Shown: positions 26,873-37,283 of the stretch, piece by piece
How the letters are laid out: each line of letters begins with the position of its first letter
Position numbering within the stretch: the first letter of the stretch is position 1
Program-made: the position numbers and the translations under genes
The notes under the pieces: model-generated
The model's database searches: none
Seen by the model: the letters and a program-made list of their open reading frames with translations, nothing else
Told to the model about the DNA's origin: nothing
Assembly (NCBI GenBank): GCA_031263105.1
Contig: JAISGJ010000144.1
Location: forward strand, 1-37,614
DNA: 37,614 nt
Origin: Coriobacteriales bacterium
GTDB lineage: Bacteria; Actinomycetota; Coriobacteriia; Coriobacteriales; UBA8131
Direction of reading: 5' to 3'

Positions 26873-27217
26873 CTATCCGAATATCAGGGGGATGGCCTGC
26901 TTGAAAACGAAGAAGCTGGCGAGCATGACGGCCCCCAGCGCGACGAGCAGCACGCCCCTGCGTCGGATCCTGCCTTCCCGCCTGCCCTTCTCCCCCGTGA
27001 GGAGAAAGACGCCGGACAGGACGACGAGCGCGGCCAGTATCCCCGTGGACGCCGGTATCAGGGGATGGAACATCCCGGTCGGGTTGCCCGCATGGCCGAG
27101 GAGGCGGGCGAGGAACTCGAGCGCCATGCCTGCCATGATCAGGGCCGTCCACAACGCGACAAAGCCTGTGCCGCTTGAGCCCTGCGTGTCCTCCTGCATG
27201 TCCCTGTACTCTGACAT
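26873..27217 (-). CDS. Hypothetical small membrane protein (3 TM)
   Basis: AAAGGAGG RBS, upstream TATAAT (27249-27244), three hydrophobic segments. Confidence 0.7.
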   Translation of the reverse strand: MSEYRDMQEDTQGSSGTGFVALWTALIMAGMALEFLARLLGHAGNPTGMFHPLIPASTGILAALVVLSGVFLLTGEKGRREGRIRRRGVLLVALGAVMLASFFVFKQAIPLIFG

Positions 27218-27442
27218 CGAACCTCCTTTGTCGCCTGCGGGCCATTATACGCCACTCTCGCGTCGCAACGGCTGCGCGGCGGTGTGCGCGTCAGGAGAAG
27301 GGATACGGACACGGACGAGGATCCTCTGTGCCATGGTGTCGTTTTGGCCGGAAGGGCGGGGCAGGCGGCCGTGCCGCACCACAGCGCCGTGCCGCTGCGC
27401 TGTCGTCCCGCTGTCGCCGCGCCGCCTCCGCGCCGCCTCCGC

Positions 27443-27483
27443 GCCGTCGGAGGCCGCACCGATACCGGGCGGCCTCCGACGGC
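27443..27483 (-). terminator. Strong hairpin downstream of the flavoprotein gene
   Basis: Perfect 15-bp stem GCCGTCGGAGGCCGC/GCGGCCTCCGACGGC about 20 nt after the stop; no U tract. Confidence 0.6.
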
Positions 27484-27504
27484 AGGGGCTACGCCGTCAG
27501 AGGG

Positions 27505-29112
27505 CTACGCCGACTTGGCGATGTAAAGTGCGGCCTGCTCGGCGGCGTTGGGGCCGAAGACCATCGTGTCGCAGACACCGTTCCCGCCCAGGCGGTTGGA
27601 GCCATGCAGCCCGCCGGTGGACTCGCCGGCGGCGTACAGGCCTGCGATGGGCTTCCCCTTCGCATCCAGTGCACGGCTCTGCTCGTCGATCCGTATGCCG
27701 CCCATGCAGTAGTGGATGCCGGGGGCGATCTTGCAGGCATAGAAGGGGCCCGAGCCGAAGGCGATGAGGCCCTTGGTGCGCCCGAAGGGGTCGGTGGCGC
27801 CGTCGGTGGTCACGGCGTTGTAGGTCGCCACCGCCTCCTCGAGGGCGGCCGTATCGACCTTGATCTTGCTGGCCAGCTCCGCCAGCGTGGGGGCCTTGAC
27901 GCTCAGGCCGCGCTCGTCGTAGCTCACCGCGTCGAGGTTGCTCTCATAGACCTGCTGGTCGTAGACCACGTAGGCATACTTGCCCGGCTGCTCGAGCTCG
28001 GCCTCAGAGACGGCGTCGCGCGTCTCCATCTCATTGAAGAAGCGCTTGCCCTCGGAGTTGATGAGGATGGCGCCGCCGCCCCTGATGCCTTCGGCGATAA
28101 GCGCGCCGGTCGTCTGCTCGACCGTCGGATGCGTCTGGACCTGCTCCATCAGGACGAGCTCCGCGCCCGCCTTCTGCGCCATGATCATGCCGTCGCCGGT
28201 GGTATACGGGATGTTGGTCGTGACGAAGTCCGCGACCTCGGGCCTGTACTTGCGGAGCATCTCCTTGTTGGAGCCGAAGCCCCCTGCAGCGATGATGACG
28301 GCCTTGGCCTCGAAGGTGGTCTCCGCACCGTCCTTCGTCTGCGCCTTGACTCCTGTGACGGCACCGTTCGCGTCCACCACCAGCTCGGTCGCGGGGGTCT
28401 CGACGAGGGTCTCGACGCCCTCCCGCTCGACCGCGTCGCGAAGGCCGGGGATGAGGGTCTTTCCGATGGCGCTCCCGTCGGTGGGACGATGGCAGCGCTT
28501 GACGCTGGCCCCGCCCATCTGCGTGATGTTGTCGAGCGTGATGCCCGCCTCGTCAAGCCAGTCGATGGCAGCCGACGAGTTGCTGCACATGAAGTCGACC
28601 AGGGTGCGCTCGCCCAGTTCGTGGCCGCCCTTGAACGTGTCCTCTGCGAACAGCTCGTTGGTGTCCTCGATCTTGTCCTTCACCTGGAACCTGGTCTCTG
28701 AGGCGTTCATGCCCGATGAGGAGAAGTTCGTGTTCCCGCCGCTGCCGATGCCCTTCTCCAACAGGAGCACCTTCGCGACGCCTCCCTGCTTGGCCGCCAA
28801 TGCGGCAGCAAGGCCGGCGCCTCCTGCGCCCACGATAACGATGTCGTAGGCCTCGACCTGCGGGGCAGGCTTCTCTGCGTCCGGTGCCTTCTCCTGCTTC
28901 GGCCCGCAGCCGGCCAGAGAGGCAAGCGCCGTGGTGCCCAGCGCCATCGCCGCAACGGATGCAGCGCCGCCCTTGACGAAGCTGCGCCTGTCAAGCGCCG
29001 CAGGCAACGGCCCTGCCTCCCGAGCAACAGGAGCCGACCCCTGGTGCCGTGACGTGCCGCCTTCCTCGCCTTGGGACACCGTCTGCGAGGCTTCTTGTTC
29101 GGTCTTAGACAT
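27505..29112 (-). CDS. Tat-lipoprotein flavocytochrome c-type flavoprotein (fumarate reductase-like)
   Basis: DRRSFVK plus LAGC lipobox; GAGGAG FAD fold; QTHPT, EGIRG, ETRDAVS, HYCMGG, HGSNRLGGN; no CxxCH heme domain. Confidence 0.92.
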   Translation of the reverse strand: MSKTEQEASQTVSQGEEGGTSRHQGSAPVAREAGPLPAALDRRSFVKGGAASVAAMALGTTALASLAGCGPKQEKAPDAEKPAPQVEAYDIVIVGAGGAGLAAALAAKQGGVAKVLLLEKGIGSGGNTNFSSSGMNASETRFQVKDKIEDTNELFAEDTFKGGHELGERTLVDFMCSNSSAAIDWLDEAGITLDNITQMGGASVKRCHRPTDGSAIGKTLIPGLRDAVEREGVETLVETPATELVVDANGAVTGVKAQTKDGAETTFEAKAVIIAAGGFGSNKEMLRKYRPEVADFVTTNIPYTTGDGMIMAQKAGAELVLMEQVQTHPTVEQTTGALIAEGIRGGGAILINSEGKRFFNEMETRDAVSEAELEQPGKYAYVVYDQQVYESNLDAVSYDERGLSVKAPTLAELASKIKVDTAALEEAVATYNAVTTDGATDPFGRTKGLIAFGSGPFYACKIAPGIHYCMGGIRIDEQSRALDAKGKPIAGLYAAGESTGGLHGSNRLGGNGVCDTMVFGPNAAEQAALYIAKSA

Positions 29113-29282
29113 AAACACTACCTTTCTTTCGCAGGCCCGGCCGGTATGACCTGACGCCTGCCCCCTAGCTGATGGAATGCGCATCCGCGCATCGTGCCCG
29201 GATGCCTGTCGTTCCTCCTTGTGCCCTAAAAAAGCAACAGGGTCCCAAGCGACCCGAAAGCCGCCAAGAACCCGTCCGGGTA

Positions 29283-29311
29283 AGGATAGTCGATTTGCCG
29301 ACGCTTTGCAA
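29283..29311 (-). promoter_or_regulatory. Putative promoter of the flavoprotein gene
   Basis: TTGCAA-17-TATCCT on the minus strand. Confidence 0.5.
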
Positions 29312-29341
29312 CATCAAATTTGCACAAAATTGCGCCCTCTG

Positions 29342-29391
29342 TTGACCATGTGGTCAATCTATGGTAGCCTCTGTGTTGACCGTGTGGTCAA
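29342..29391 (+). promoter_or_regulatory. TetR promoter with two palindromic operators
   Basis: TTGACC-ATGT-GGTCAA (29342-29357) and TTGACC-GTGT-GGTCAA (29376-29391); TTGACC-17-TAGCCT promoter. Confidence 0.85.
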
Positions 29392-29407
29392 TCGAAAGGA
29401 GAGACCC

Positions 29408-30187
29408 ATGAGGCAACAGGTGCCCGACACCCCTGCCCACCTGCGCATACAGGCAGACGATGCCCCCGCCCCTGTGCAGGAACACAGGGCGGACGCTCCC
29501 GCCCCCGTGCAGGAGCAGACGGGCGATGCCCACGCGCACTTCCACGCCATCGCAGCCGAGAAACAGCAGCGCATCCTGCAGGCAGCCTTGGAGGAGTTCG
29601 CGGCCAAGGACTACGCGAGCGCGTCCACCAACACGATCGTCGCGCGGGCCAGGATAAGCAAGGGGCTGCTGTTCCACTACTTCAACGACAAGCTGGGCCT
29701 GTACCTCTACCTGTTGGAGCACGTCGCACAAAAGCTCTACGGCGACGTCATGGCCCTGATCGACCTCGAGAACGACGACGTCTTCGACCTCATGCAAAAG
29801 ACCATCGAGGCGAAGCTCGGTGTCGCGAACCGCTCGGTGCTGGAGACGCGCCTGTACCTCCGCGCCCTGACCGGCGACATCCCTCCGCAGGCAAAGGAGG
29901 CCCTCGGGCAGTCGGTCGACCAGGCATACGACACCTTCGCGTTGATGACCTCCCTGCTCAACGAGGACTACCTTAAAGAGGGCCTGGACAAGGAGAAGGC
30001 CGTCCAGATCATCTATTGGGTCGGCGAGGGCATAACCAACCAGTTGCTCTCGACCCTCGCCCTTGAGGCCGAAGGCGATGCCTACGCACACATGATGACC
30101 TACACGGCAGGGTACTTCGACCTCCTCCGCAACCTGTTCTACCGGTCGGACGCGACACCGCCTTCGAGGCAGGGGAAGGGAGACTGA
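29408..30187 (+). CDS. TetR/AcrR family regulator
   Basis: KQQRILQAALEEFAAKDYASASTNTIVARARISKGLLFHYFNDKLGLY; GAAAGGAG RBS; N-terminal DAPAPVQE repeats. Confidence 0.93.
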   Translation: MRQQVPDTPAHLRIQADDAPAPVQEHRADAPAPVQEQTGDAHAHFHAIAAEKQQRILQAALEEFAAKDYASASTNTIVARARISKGLLFHYFNDKLGLYLYLLEHVAQKLYGDVMALIDLENDDVFDLMQKTIEAKLGVANRSVLETRLYLRALTGDIPPQAKEALGQSVDQAYDTFALMTSLLNEDYLKEGLDKEKAVQIIYWVGEGITNQLLSTLALEAEGDAYAHMMTYTAGYFDLLRNLFYRSDATPPSRQGKGD

Positions 30188-30188
30188 C

Positions 30189-31067
30189 ATGGCTGTTCTG
30201 GAGACACAGGGCCTGCACAAGCGCTTTGGGAAGGTGCAGGCGCTCGACGGCGTCGACCTGAGCGTGGAGCCGGGCGAGGTCTACGGCTTCATCGGGCCGA
30301 ACGGGGCGGGCAAATCGACGACCATCCGCATCCTGCTCGGCATCCTCCGGGCCAGCGCGGGCAGCGCCCGCATCTTCGGGCTCGACGCCTGGAGGGACGC
30401 CGCCACGATACACCGGGACATCGCCTATGTCCCCGGGGACGTGAGCCTGTGGAGCAACCTCTCCGGCGGCGAGGTCATCGACCTGTTCCTGCGCCTGCGC
30501 ACGGGACGCGAGGGCCGCTACCGCAACGAGCTCATCGAGCGCTTCGACTTCGACCCGACCAAGAAGTGCGGGGCCTACTCCAAGGGCAACCGCCAGAAGG
30601 TCGCCCTGATAGCGGCCTTCTCGGCAGATGCCGGGCTCTACATCATGGACGAGCCGACCTCCGGCCTCGACCCCCTCATGGAGCTGGTCTTCCGCGAATG
30701 CGTCGCAGACGTCAAGGCACGCGGGGCGAGCGTGCTGCTCTCAAGCCACATCCTCAGCGAGGTCGAGCTGCTCTGCGACCGCATGAGCATCATCCGCCAG
30801 GGCAGGGTCATCGACAGCGGCACGCTGGCCGACATGCGCCACCTTACACGCAACAGGGTCTCCCTCGAGACGGACGCGCCGGTCCGAGGACTCGACCGGC
30901 TCTCCGGCGTCCACGACCTGCAGGCCGACGGGACGACGACGACCTTCACCCTCGACAACGCCCAGACCCCGCAGCTCCTTGCGTTCCTTGCGGACAAGGA
31001 CGTGCGGCACCTCACCTCGGCGCCGCCGACGCTCGAGGAGCTGTTCATGGGCCACTACGCAGGATAG
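30189..31067 (+). CDS. ABC exporter ATP-binding subunit (TnrB2/NarA-like)
   Basis: GPNGAGKST, YSKGNRQKV signature variant, IMDEPTSGLDPLME, SSH. Confidence 0.93.
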   Translation: MAVLETQGLHKRFGKVQALDGVDLSVEPGEVYGFIGPNGAGKSTTIRILLGILRASAGSARIFGLDAWRDAATIHRDIAYVPGDVSLWSNLSGGEVIDLFLRLRTGREGRYRNELIERFDFDPTKKCGAYSKGNRQKVALIAAFSADAGLYIMDEPTSGLDPLMELVFRECVADVKARGASVLLSSHILSEVELLCDRMSIIRQGRVIDSGTLADMRHLTRNRVSLETDAPVRGLDRLSGVHDLQADGTTTTFTLDNAQTPQLLAFLADKDVRHLTSAPPTLEELFMGHYAG

Positions 31068-31077
31068 GGGGAGGGCC

Positions 31078-32796
31078 ATGCTCGCCATGTCGTCAACGCC
31101 GGCGCCCGCCGCATCTGCCGCGCCCGCCGCCTCGCCGCCGCCCGCCGCGCCCGCGCCCCCTGCGCCTCCTGCGCCCGCGCCCGCGCCTCCTGCGCACGCA
31201 CTGTCGTCGCTTCACAACTTCCCCGGGCTCATGCGCTTCATACTCAGGCGCGACCGTCTGTGGCTCGCACTCTGGATGGGGGGCCTGCTCGTCCTCGGAA
31301 CCTTCTTCGCACCTATGATCGTCGAGGTGGTGGGGGACGCGTCTGCCCAGGCGGCGCTCCAAGAGACGCTCTCCAACCCCGCCATGGTCGCCCTGTGCGG
31401 CCCTTCCTATGGGGACGGGTACAGCCACGGCGCCATGTACGTGCAGTTCATGCTCGTGTGGACCGCCCTCGGCTTCGCGGTCATGAACATCATGTTCGTC
31501 GTACGCCATACGCGCAAAGACGAGGAGGACGGGGCGAGCGAGATGGTCGGCGCCCTGCCGGTGGGCCGCGGGGCCGCGCTCTTTGCGACACTCGTCGTCG
31601 CATGCGCCGTCGACGTGCTCCTTGCGGTGCTGACGGGCGTGACCATAGCGCTCTTCGGCGTCGAGACCCTCGACCTGGAGGGCTCGCTCGTGTTCGGCTG
31701 CGCGCTCGGGGCCTGCGGCATCGTCTTCGCGGGGACGGCCGCCCTGTTCGCACAGCTGTTCCCGACCGCACGGTCGGCAACGGGCGCCTCGCTTGCCGTC
31801 CTCGGCGCGGCCTATCTCCTGCGCGCCGCCGGTGACGTGGGCTCGGAGGCCCTGGCGCACATCTCGCCGCTCGGGCTGGTCGAGCGTTCCGAGGCCTACG
31901 TGGGCAACTACCTCTGGCCCGAGCTCGCCTTGGTGCTGGCAGGCCTTGCGCTCTGCACGGTCGCCTTCCTCCTGGGCGCACGGCGCAGCAGCGGCCAGGG
32001 CATGCTGCCTGTGCGCACGGGACGGGCGCATGCCTCGACGTTCCTCAGGGGCGGGCTCGGGCTTTCCTGGCGGCTCTCGCGCGGCATGATGCTCGCCTGG
32101 GCGGCGGCCGTGCTCGTCTTCGCTGCGACCTATGGCTCGGTGTTCAACGACCTCGACGCCTTCGTCGCGAACAACGACATGTACCGGGCTATGCTCGGCA
32201 TCGGAGCCGGCAAGGGCGACATCATGGACCCCGTCATCGCCACGATGACGCTCCTCATGTCGATCATGGCGACGATTCCCGTGATCGCCGTGACACTCAG
32301 GCTCAGGACCGAGGAGGGCAAGAGCCGCATGGAGCAGCTGCTGGCCGGCTCGGTCTCGCGCGTCCGCCTCATCGTCTGCGAGGTCACCGTAGCCGTCCTG
32401 CTCGCCGTCGTCCTCCAGCTCCTGAGCGCTCTGGGGATGTGGGGCGCCGCCGCCACGGTCATGGACGAGCCCGGGGAGCTCGCCCTGTACCTCGCCTCGG
32501 CGATGGGCTTCCTCCCCGCGATGCTCGTCTTCGTCGGCCTGGGCGTCCTTCTCGTCGGCGTCGCCCCCCGGCTGTCGGCGCTCATCTGGGCGTACCTTGC
32601 CTATGCGTTCTTCGTGGCCTTCCTCGGCGACGTGTTCGCCCTGCCCGCATGGGCGGAGAACATCTCGGTCTTCGGCCTGCTGCCGCGCTATCCCGCCGCC
32701 GAGATCGAGCCTGCGCGGATCGCCGCGCTGTGCGCCGCCTCGGCGCTGCTCGCCGCAGCAGGAGCCGTCGCCTATCGCCGCAGAGACCTCGCCTGA
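31078..32796 (+). CDS. ABC exporter permease with duplicated membrane domain (TnrB3/NarB-like)
   Basis: LRRDR, NPAMVALCG, HTRKDEEDG, LLRAAGD, RLRTEE..RMEQLL, YRRRDL; about 12 TM helices; Ala/Pro-rich N-terminus. Confidence 0.88.
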   Translation: MLAMSSTPAPAASAAPAASPPPAAPAPPAPPAPAPAPPAHALSSLHNFPGLMRFILRRDRLWLALWMGGLLVLGTFFAPMIVEVVGDASAQAALQETLSNPAMVALCGPSYGDGYSHGAMYVQFMLVWTALGFAVMNIMFVVRHTRKDEEDGASEMVGALPVGRGAALFATLVVACAVDVLLAVLTGVTIALFGVETLDLEGSLVFGCALGACGIVFAGTAALFAQLFPTARSATGASLAVLGAAYLLRAAGDVGSEALAHISPLGLVERSEAYVGNYLWPELALVLAGLALCTVAFLLGARRSSGQGMLPVRTGRAHASTFLRGGLGLSWRLSRGMMLAWAAAVLVFAATYGSVFNDLDAFVANNDMYRAMLGIGAGKGDIMDPVIATMTLLMSIMATIPVIAVTLRLRTEEGKSRMEQLLAGSVSRVRLIVCEVTVAVLLAVVLQLLSALGMWGAAATVMDEPGELALYLASAMGFLPAMLVFVGLGVLLVGVAPRLSALIWAYLAYAFFVAFLGDVFALPAWAENISVFGLLPRYPAAEIEPARIAALCAASALLAAAGAVAYRRRDLA

Positions 32797-32813
32797 GCAA
32801 AGACGCCTCGTAG

Positions 32814-32977
32814 GTTACACGTCACACCCCCACTGTCATTCCGAGCTCCGCCGAGGAATCTTTGGACACGCAGTGTCCAACGGCAGGCCAAGGGGCCCTT
32901 CGGCCTGCGGTCGACCGCTGGCGCGGTCGAAGATTCCTCGACAGGCTCGGAATGACAGTGGGGGTGTGACGTGTAAC
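32814..32977. repeat. Palindromic MITE/REPIN-like element, copy 4 (most intact)
   Basis: Perfect terminal inverted repeat GTTACACGTCACACCCCCACTGTCATTCCGAGC; flanks CCTCGTAG / CCTCGTAA. Confidence 0.92.
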
Positions 32978-33067
32978 CCTCGTAACGAGGAGTCGTTCCG
33001 TCTCTGTTGGTGGATTGGCCGCATCAAGAGAAGTCCGCTATGATGGGCTTCGGCCACGAGGCTACCG

Positions 33068-34087
33068 ATGGATTCCTGTAAGCATGCGTGGAAAGGAAGC
33101 GCCTTGGAGCAGGCAGAAGCCGCAGGCAGGACGACGGGCACCTTCGAGGCCGAGAGCTTCCTGATGGACACCGCCGTGACCCAGAAGGTCTGCGGCGCAC
33201 AGGCGGAGGCGGCCTATCGGAAGGCAGTGGCAGAGCTGGGACGCCTGGAGGGCCTTCTGAGCTTCTTCCTCCCCACCAGCGACATCGCACGGATAAACGC
33301 GAACGCCGGAAAGGCACGCGTCGAGGTCCATCGGGAGACAAGGGCCGTCCTGGAGTGTGCGCAGCGCTTCTCAGGGCTGTCCGAGTCCGCCTTCGACGTC
33401 ACCTTGGCGCCCCTCATAGACCTGTGGAGAAGACGCGGGGGAGAAGGCCGGGTCCCCGCCCAAGACGAGATAGAACAAGCCCTCTCCTGCGTGGGGATGC
33501 GCTTCCTCGAGCTTCGGGGGGACACCGCGTACCTGTCGAGGGAGGGCTGCGCGATAGACCTGGGCGGAATCGCCAAGGGCTATGCCGCAGACCGGTGCAT
33601 CGAGCTCTACCGCGCAAACGGGGTCGGCTCCGCCTTCGTCAACCTGGGCGGGAACGTGAAGGTGCTGGGCGAGGCGGAGGGCGGCAGGCGCTGGGCCATA
33701 GGGCTGCAACACCCCGACGAGCCCAGGGGCACCTGCTTCGGGCTCCTCCTGATGTCGGGCCGCTCCGTGGTGACCTCGGGCGGGTACGAGCGCTACGTCG
33801 TCGTGGACGGCAGGCGTTACCACCATATCCTCGACCCGAGAACCGGCAGGCCCGTCGAGTCGGGCCTGAAGGCCGCCACCGTGGTCTGCGAGGACTCCAT
33901 GGCAGCGGACGCCCTCTCGACCGCAGCCTATGTGAGGGGCCTGGACGAGGGGCTGGCACTGGTCGCCGCCCAGACCGACACGGACGCCGTCTTCGTGACG
34001 GAGAAAAACGAGGTGCTCGTCACCCGGGGGCTCAAGGACTGCTTCCAGGCCCTGCGACAGACCGGCCTCACGTGCTCCTTCGTGTGA
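33068..34087 (+). CDS. apbE: FAD:protein FMN transferase
   Basis: SDIARIN, FDVT, DLGGIAKGY, NLGGNV, TSGGYERY, HHILDPRTG, ADALST. Confidence 0.93.
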   Translation: MDSCKHAWKGSALEQAEAAGRTTGTFEAESFLMDTAVTQKVCGAQAEAAYRKAVAELGRLEGLLSFFLPTSDIARINANAGKARVEVHRETRAVLECAQRFSGLSESAFDVTLAPLIDLWRRRGGEGRVPAQDEIEQALSCVGMRFLELRGDTAYLSREGCAIDLGGIAKGYAADRCIELYRANGVGSAFVNLGGNVKVLGEAEGGRRWAIGLQHPDEPRGTCFGLLLMSGRSVVTSGGYERYVVVDGRRYHHILDPRTGRPVESGLKAATVVCEDSMAADALSTAAYVRGLDEGLALVAAQTDTDAVFVTEKNEVLVTRGLKDCFQALRQTGLTCSFV

Positions 34088-34104
34088 GTCGTGTGGGCCG
34101 CGTC

Positions 34105-34301
34105 GCTACCGCTCGCACTCCCACTGTCATTCCGAGCGGAGCGCCCGCAAGGGCGCACAGCGTGAGAATCCTCGGACACGCAGTGCCCGACTGGCCCGGT
34201 TGGGCGCTGGCGCGCACAAAGATTCCTCGGCGGAGTTTATTCCGAGCGCAGCGAAGGACCTTCGCTGCGCTCGGAATGACAGTGGGGGTGTGAACAGTAA
34301 C
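34105..34301. repeat. Palindromic MITE/REPIN-like element, copy 5 (variant with extra hairpins)
   Basis: GCTAC...GTAAC ends, same core arms; added GCGCCC-GCAA-GGGCGC and GCGCAGCGAAGG-A-CCTTCGCTGCGC stems; flanks GCCGCGTC / GCCGTGTC. Confidence 0.85.
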
Positions 34302-34397
34302 GCCGTGTCCGCACGCCTGCGCACAACGACTGTCCCTGCGTAAATTGCTTGTCAGGAAAATGATATAATGGCTTGACATCGCTGCTCAGGGGGGACT

Positions 34398-36536
34398 ATG
34401 AGGACAGGAACGCCGACGGTGACATCTGGACAAGGTACCAAGGGGCAAGACTACAACCGGCGCTTCCACAAGCTGGCCACGTGGCTGATGCTGCTGTCGA
34501 TGTTCCTCTTTGCGACCGTGCGTGTGGCGGCAGCCATCGCCCAGCAACGTTACCTGCAAGGCATCGTGGTCCTGCTGGCAGTGCTGGTGTTGGCGGCGCT
34601 GATCCTCGTCGCCACCCGCATCAAACGCCTGGGCGACCCCTCGTGGTACATGCCGTTCCTGATGTTCGGCATCTGTGTGGGAGCCTCCCAGATCATGGGC
34701 AGCTACACCTACTTCTACCTGCTCTGCGTGATGATCCTGGCCGCCAATACGCTTTACCTGAACAAAAAGGCGATGTTCGCCTATGTGATCGTCTCCAACA
34801 TCGTCGGTCTGGCGCTGGTCTACTTCCATCTGCCGTTGGCCAGCCCGGATCGTCCGGCCTCCGAGGTGCCGATGGTCGAGATGCTGGTCAATTGGTCGTT
34901 GCTGCTCTGCGCCTCATGGGTCCTCTATTACTTCGTGCGCTTCGCTTCGGACAAGAACGACATCGCCAGCCGGGACCAGGACGCCTTCAGGACGATGTTC
35001 AACACCACGCCCAACCTCATCCTGCTGACCGACGATGGCGGCCATGCCCGTTACGTCAGCAAGAACCTGATGCGCCTGACCGGATACGAGAACCCGCAGG
35101 ACGCGGCAGGACGGCCGCTTGACGAGCTGTTCGGCGACCCGCACAGCAAGCGCCTGTTCGCCGAGCTGATGAACAACGAGGGCAGCTACGAGGACACGCG
35201 CACGCTCGTCGTCGAAGGCGCGACCCGTCACTACCACATCATCAGCGACAAGATGCATGGCGATGCCGAAGGCACCTACATCGACATAACCGACATAACC
35301 CCCATCGTGGAGGCGCGTATCGCCGCAGAGGAGGCAAACGTCGCCAAGAGCGCCTTCCTTGCGAACATGAGCCACGAGATCCGCACTCCCTTGAACGCCA
35401 TCATCGGCATGTCCGAAATAGGCGAGCAGGCCGACGAGCCCGAGCGCAAGGGCTATGCGTTTTCAAGGATCAAGGAGGCGTCCACCCATCTGCTCGGCGT
35501 CATCAACGACATCTTGGACATGTCGAAGATAGAGGCCGACAAACTGGAGCTGTCGGATATCGTCTTCGACTTCAACCAGATGCTGACGAGGGTGCTCGAC
35601 ATTGTCCGCTTCAAGACGGACGAGAAGGACCAGCGCCTTGTCTTGGAGTTCGATCCGGACATCCCCCCGTGTCTGGTCGGTGACGACCAGCGGCTTGCCC
35701 AGGTCATCGCCAACCTGTTGTCCAACGCCGTCAAGTTCACGCCGGAAGGCGGCACCGTCACGCTGCGTGCCGGGCTCATCGCTGCTACGGCCGACCTTGT
35801 CACGCTGCGGGTCGAGGTCGAGGACACGGGCATCGGCATCACCGAAGAGCAGGGGGCGCATCTGTTCGAGCAGTTCGAGCAGGCCGAGAGCTCGACGACG
35901 CGCACCTACGGCGGCACCGGCCTGGGGCTGGCGATCTCCAAACGGCTGCTCGAGATGATGGGCGGCGCCATCGCCTTCGACTCGGTGCCGGGCGAAGGAT
36001 CGCGTTTCTTTTTCACGGTGCAGCTGAGGCATGCCGATGCTGCTGCGAATGACTCGCCCGCCTGCGATGACTGCGAGCAGAATGACCGCAGCGAAGACTG
36101 GTATCGAGGACGTTTTGCGAGCTGTCGTCTCCTGCTTGTGGAGGACGTCGAGATCAATCGCGAGATCGTCAGCGCCCTCTTGGAGGCCACGCGGATCGGC
36201 ATAGACTATGCCGAGAACGGCCAACAGGCATTGGAGGTGTTTGCCGCAGACCCCGAGCGCTACGACATCATCTTCATGGACGTGCAGATGCCGGTGATGG
36301 ACGGCTACGAGGCCACACGCCGCATCCGCGCACTCGGTGCTGCCAAGGCCCAGAAGATCCCCATTGTCGCTTTGACCGCCAACGTCTTCAAGGAGGACGT
36401 CGATGCGGCGCTGGCAGCAGGTATGGACGACCATCTCAGCAAGCCCCTTGACAGCAAAAAGATGCTCGCCGTCCTTGCCGCCCATCTGCCTGACGCCGCC
36501 CTCGCGGGCACCGCCGACACAGACGGCGCCCCCTAA
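34398..36536 (+). CDS. Membrane-bound hybrid sensor histidine kinase (TM-PAS-HisKA-HATPase-REC)
   Basis: [58 protein letters not shown]; upstream TGATATAAT. Confidence 0.93.
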   Translation: MRTGTPTVTSGQGTKGQDYNRRFHKLATWLMLLSMFLFATVRVAAAIAQQRYLQGIVVLLAVLVLAALILVATRIKRLGDPSWYMPFLMFGICVGASQIMGSYTYFYLLCVMILAANTLYLNKKAMFAYVIVSNIVGLALVYFHLPLASPDRPASEVPMVEMLVNWSLLLCASWVLYYFVRFASDKNDIASRDQDAFRTMFNTTPNLILLTDDGGHARYVSKNLMRLTGYENPQDAAGRPLDELFGDPHSKRLFAELMNNEGSYEDTRTLVVEGATRHYHIISDKMHGDAEGTYIDITDITPIVEARIAAEEANVAKSAFLANMSHEIRTPLNAIIGMSEIGEQADEPERKGYAFSRIKEASTHLLGVINDILDMSKIEADKLELSDIVFDFNQMLTRVLDIVRFKTDEKDQRLVLEFDPDIPPCLVGDDQRLAQVIANLLSNAVKFTPEGGTVTLRAGLIAATADLVTLRVEVEDTGIGITEEQGAHLFEQFEQAESSTTRTYGGTGLGLAISKRLLEMMGGAIAFDSVPGEGSRFFFTVQLRHADAAANDSPACDDCEQNDRSEDWYRGRFASCRLLLVEDVEINREIVSALLEATRIGIDYAENGQQALEVFAADPERYDIIFMDVQMPVMDGYEATRRIRALGAAKAQKIPIVALTANVFKEDVDAALAAGMDDHLSKPLDSKKMLAVLAAHLPDAALAGTADTDGAP

Positions 36537-37105
36537 AAGAACAGTGCCTTTATGCCGATGGCGACAAGGACGATACCGCCCGCTATTTGGGCCCGGTCGC
36601 CCAAAAGCGCACCAAAGCGCTTGCCCAGAAACAGCGCACCCAGGCAGCAGAGGGCGGTTGTGGCCGCGACGACAGGGGCGGCCAGCGCGATGTCGGCGCC
36701 CTCGGCGAGAAAGCTCACTCCCACCACAAAGGCATCTATCGACGTGGCGAAGGACTGCACGAGCAGGCTGCGGAACTTCAAGCTTGCGGCGTCCCGCTTG
36801 CATACGATGCCCCCGACCTTGGCCTCCCGCAGCGCCAAAGCGCCGTCCCGCATCATCTTGCCGCCGATGAAGCCGAGGATGACGAGAGAGACGATGCCCG
36901 CATAGCTGCTGATGGTCTCGGCCGCAAAACCGCCGGCGAGGTAGCCGAGCAGCGGCATCGCGCCCTGAAAGAGCCCGAAGAGCAGCGGCATCAAAAGGAG
37001 CTTGCGACGCGAGACGTCCGGAAAACAGAACACATTGGCGACCGTGACGGCAAAGGCGTCCATGCTCAGCGCAAGCCCCACAAGGACTGTCTCAGAAATG
37101 CCCAC
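36533..37105 (-). CDS. mntP: Manganese efflux pump MntP
   Basis: [44 protein letters not shown] start; riboswitch upstream. Confidence 0.93.
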   Translation of the reverse strand: MGISETVLVGLALSMDAFAVTVANVFCFPDVSRRKLLLMPLLFGLFQGAMPLLGYLAGGFAAETISSYAGIVSLVILGFIGGKMMRDGALALREAKVGGIVCKRDAASLKFRSLLVQSFATSIDAFVVGVSFLAEGADIALAAPVVAATTALCCLGALFLGKRFGALLGDRAQIAGGIVLVAIGIKALFF

Positions 37106-37121
37106 GGCGCCTTCCTCTCAT

Positions 37122-37180
37122 AAAAAAAGACGCATCCATAGCAGAATCGCCGCAACGAACGGCTCTGCTATGCATACGTC
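37122..37180 (-). terminator. Intrinsic terminator (riboswitch expression platform)
   Basis: Minus strand GACGTATGCATAGCAGAGCCG...CGGCGATTCTGCTATGGATGCGTC followed by T7; overlaps the aptamer 3' strand. Confidence 0.85.
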
Positions 37181-37283
37181 TTGTCCTTTACTGCAAGCCA
37201 GGTGCGCACTCTCTCCAAGTGCGGCACCAGCATGTTGACTTGCAACGCACGGGGTCATGCGCGAACTACTCCCCTATGCATAT
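37169..37283 (-). ncRNA. yybP-ykoY (Mn2+) riboswitch
   Basis: TATGCATAGGGGAGTAG...GTCAACATGCTG...CCTGGC...GACAAGACGTATGCATA upstream of mntP; TATAAT at 37299-37294. Confidence 0.88.

Noticed and set aside
24568..28701. Long alternative-frame ORFs (24568-26730, 24786-27767, 27175-28701; likewise 2428-3537, 8433-9473, 35463-36803)
   Set aside because: Shadow ORFs of high-GC genes; Arg/Ala/Gly-rich, no motifs, overlapping well-supported CDSs.
34398..36536. Hybrid kinase as regulator of the respiratory island
   Set aside because: No cognate response regulator or linking motif in the window.
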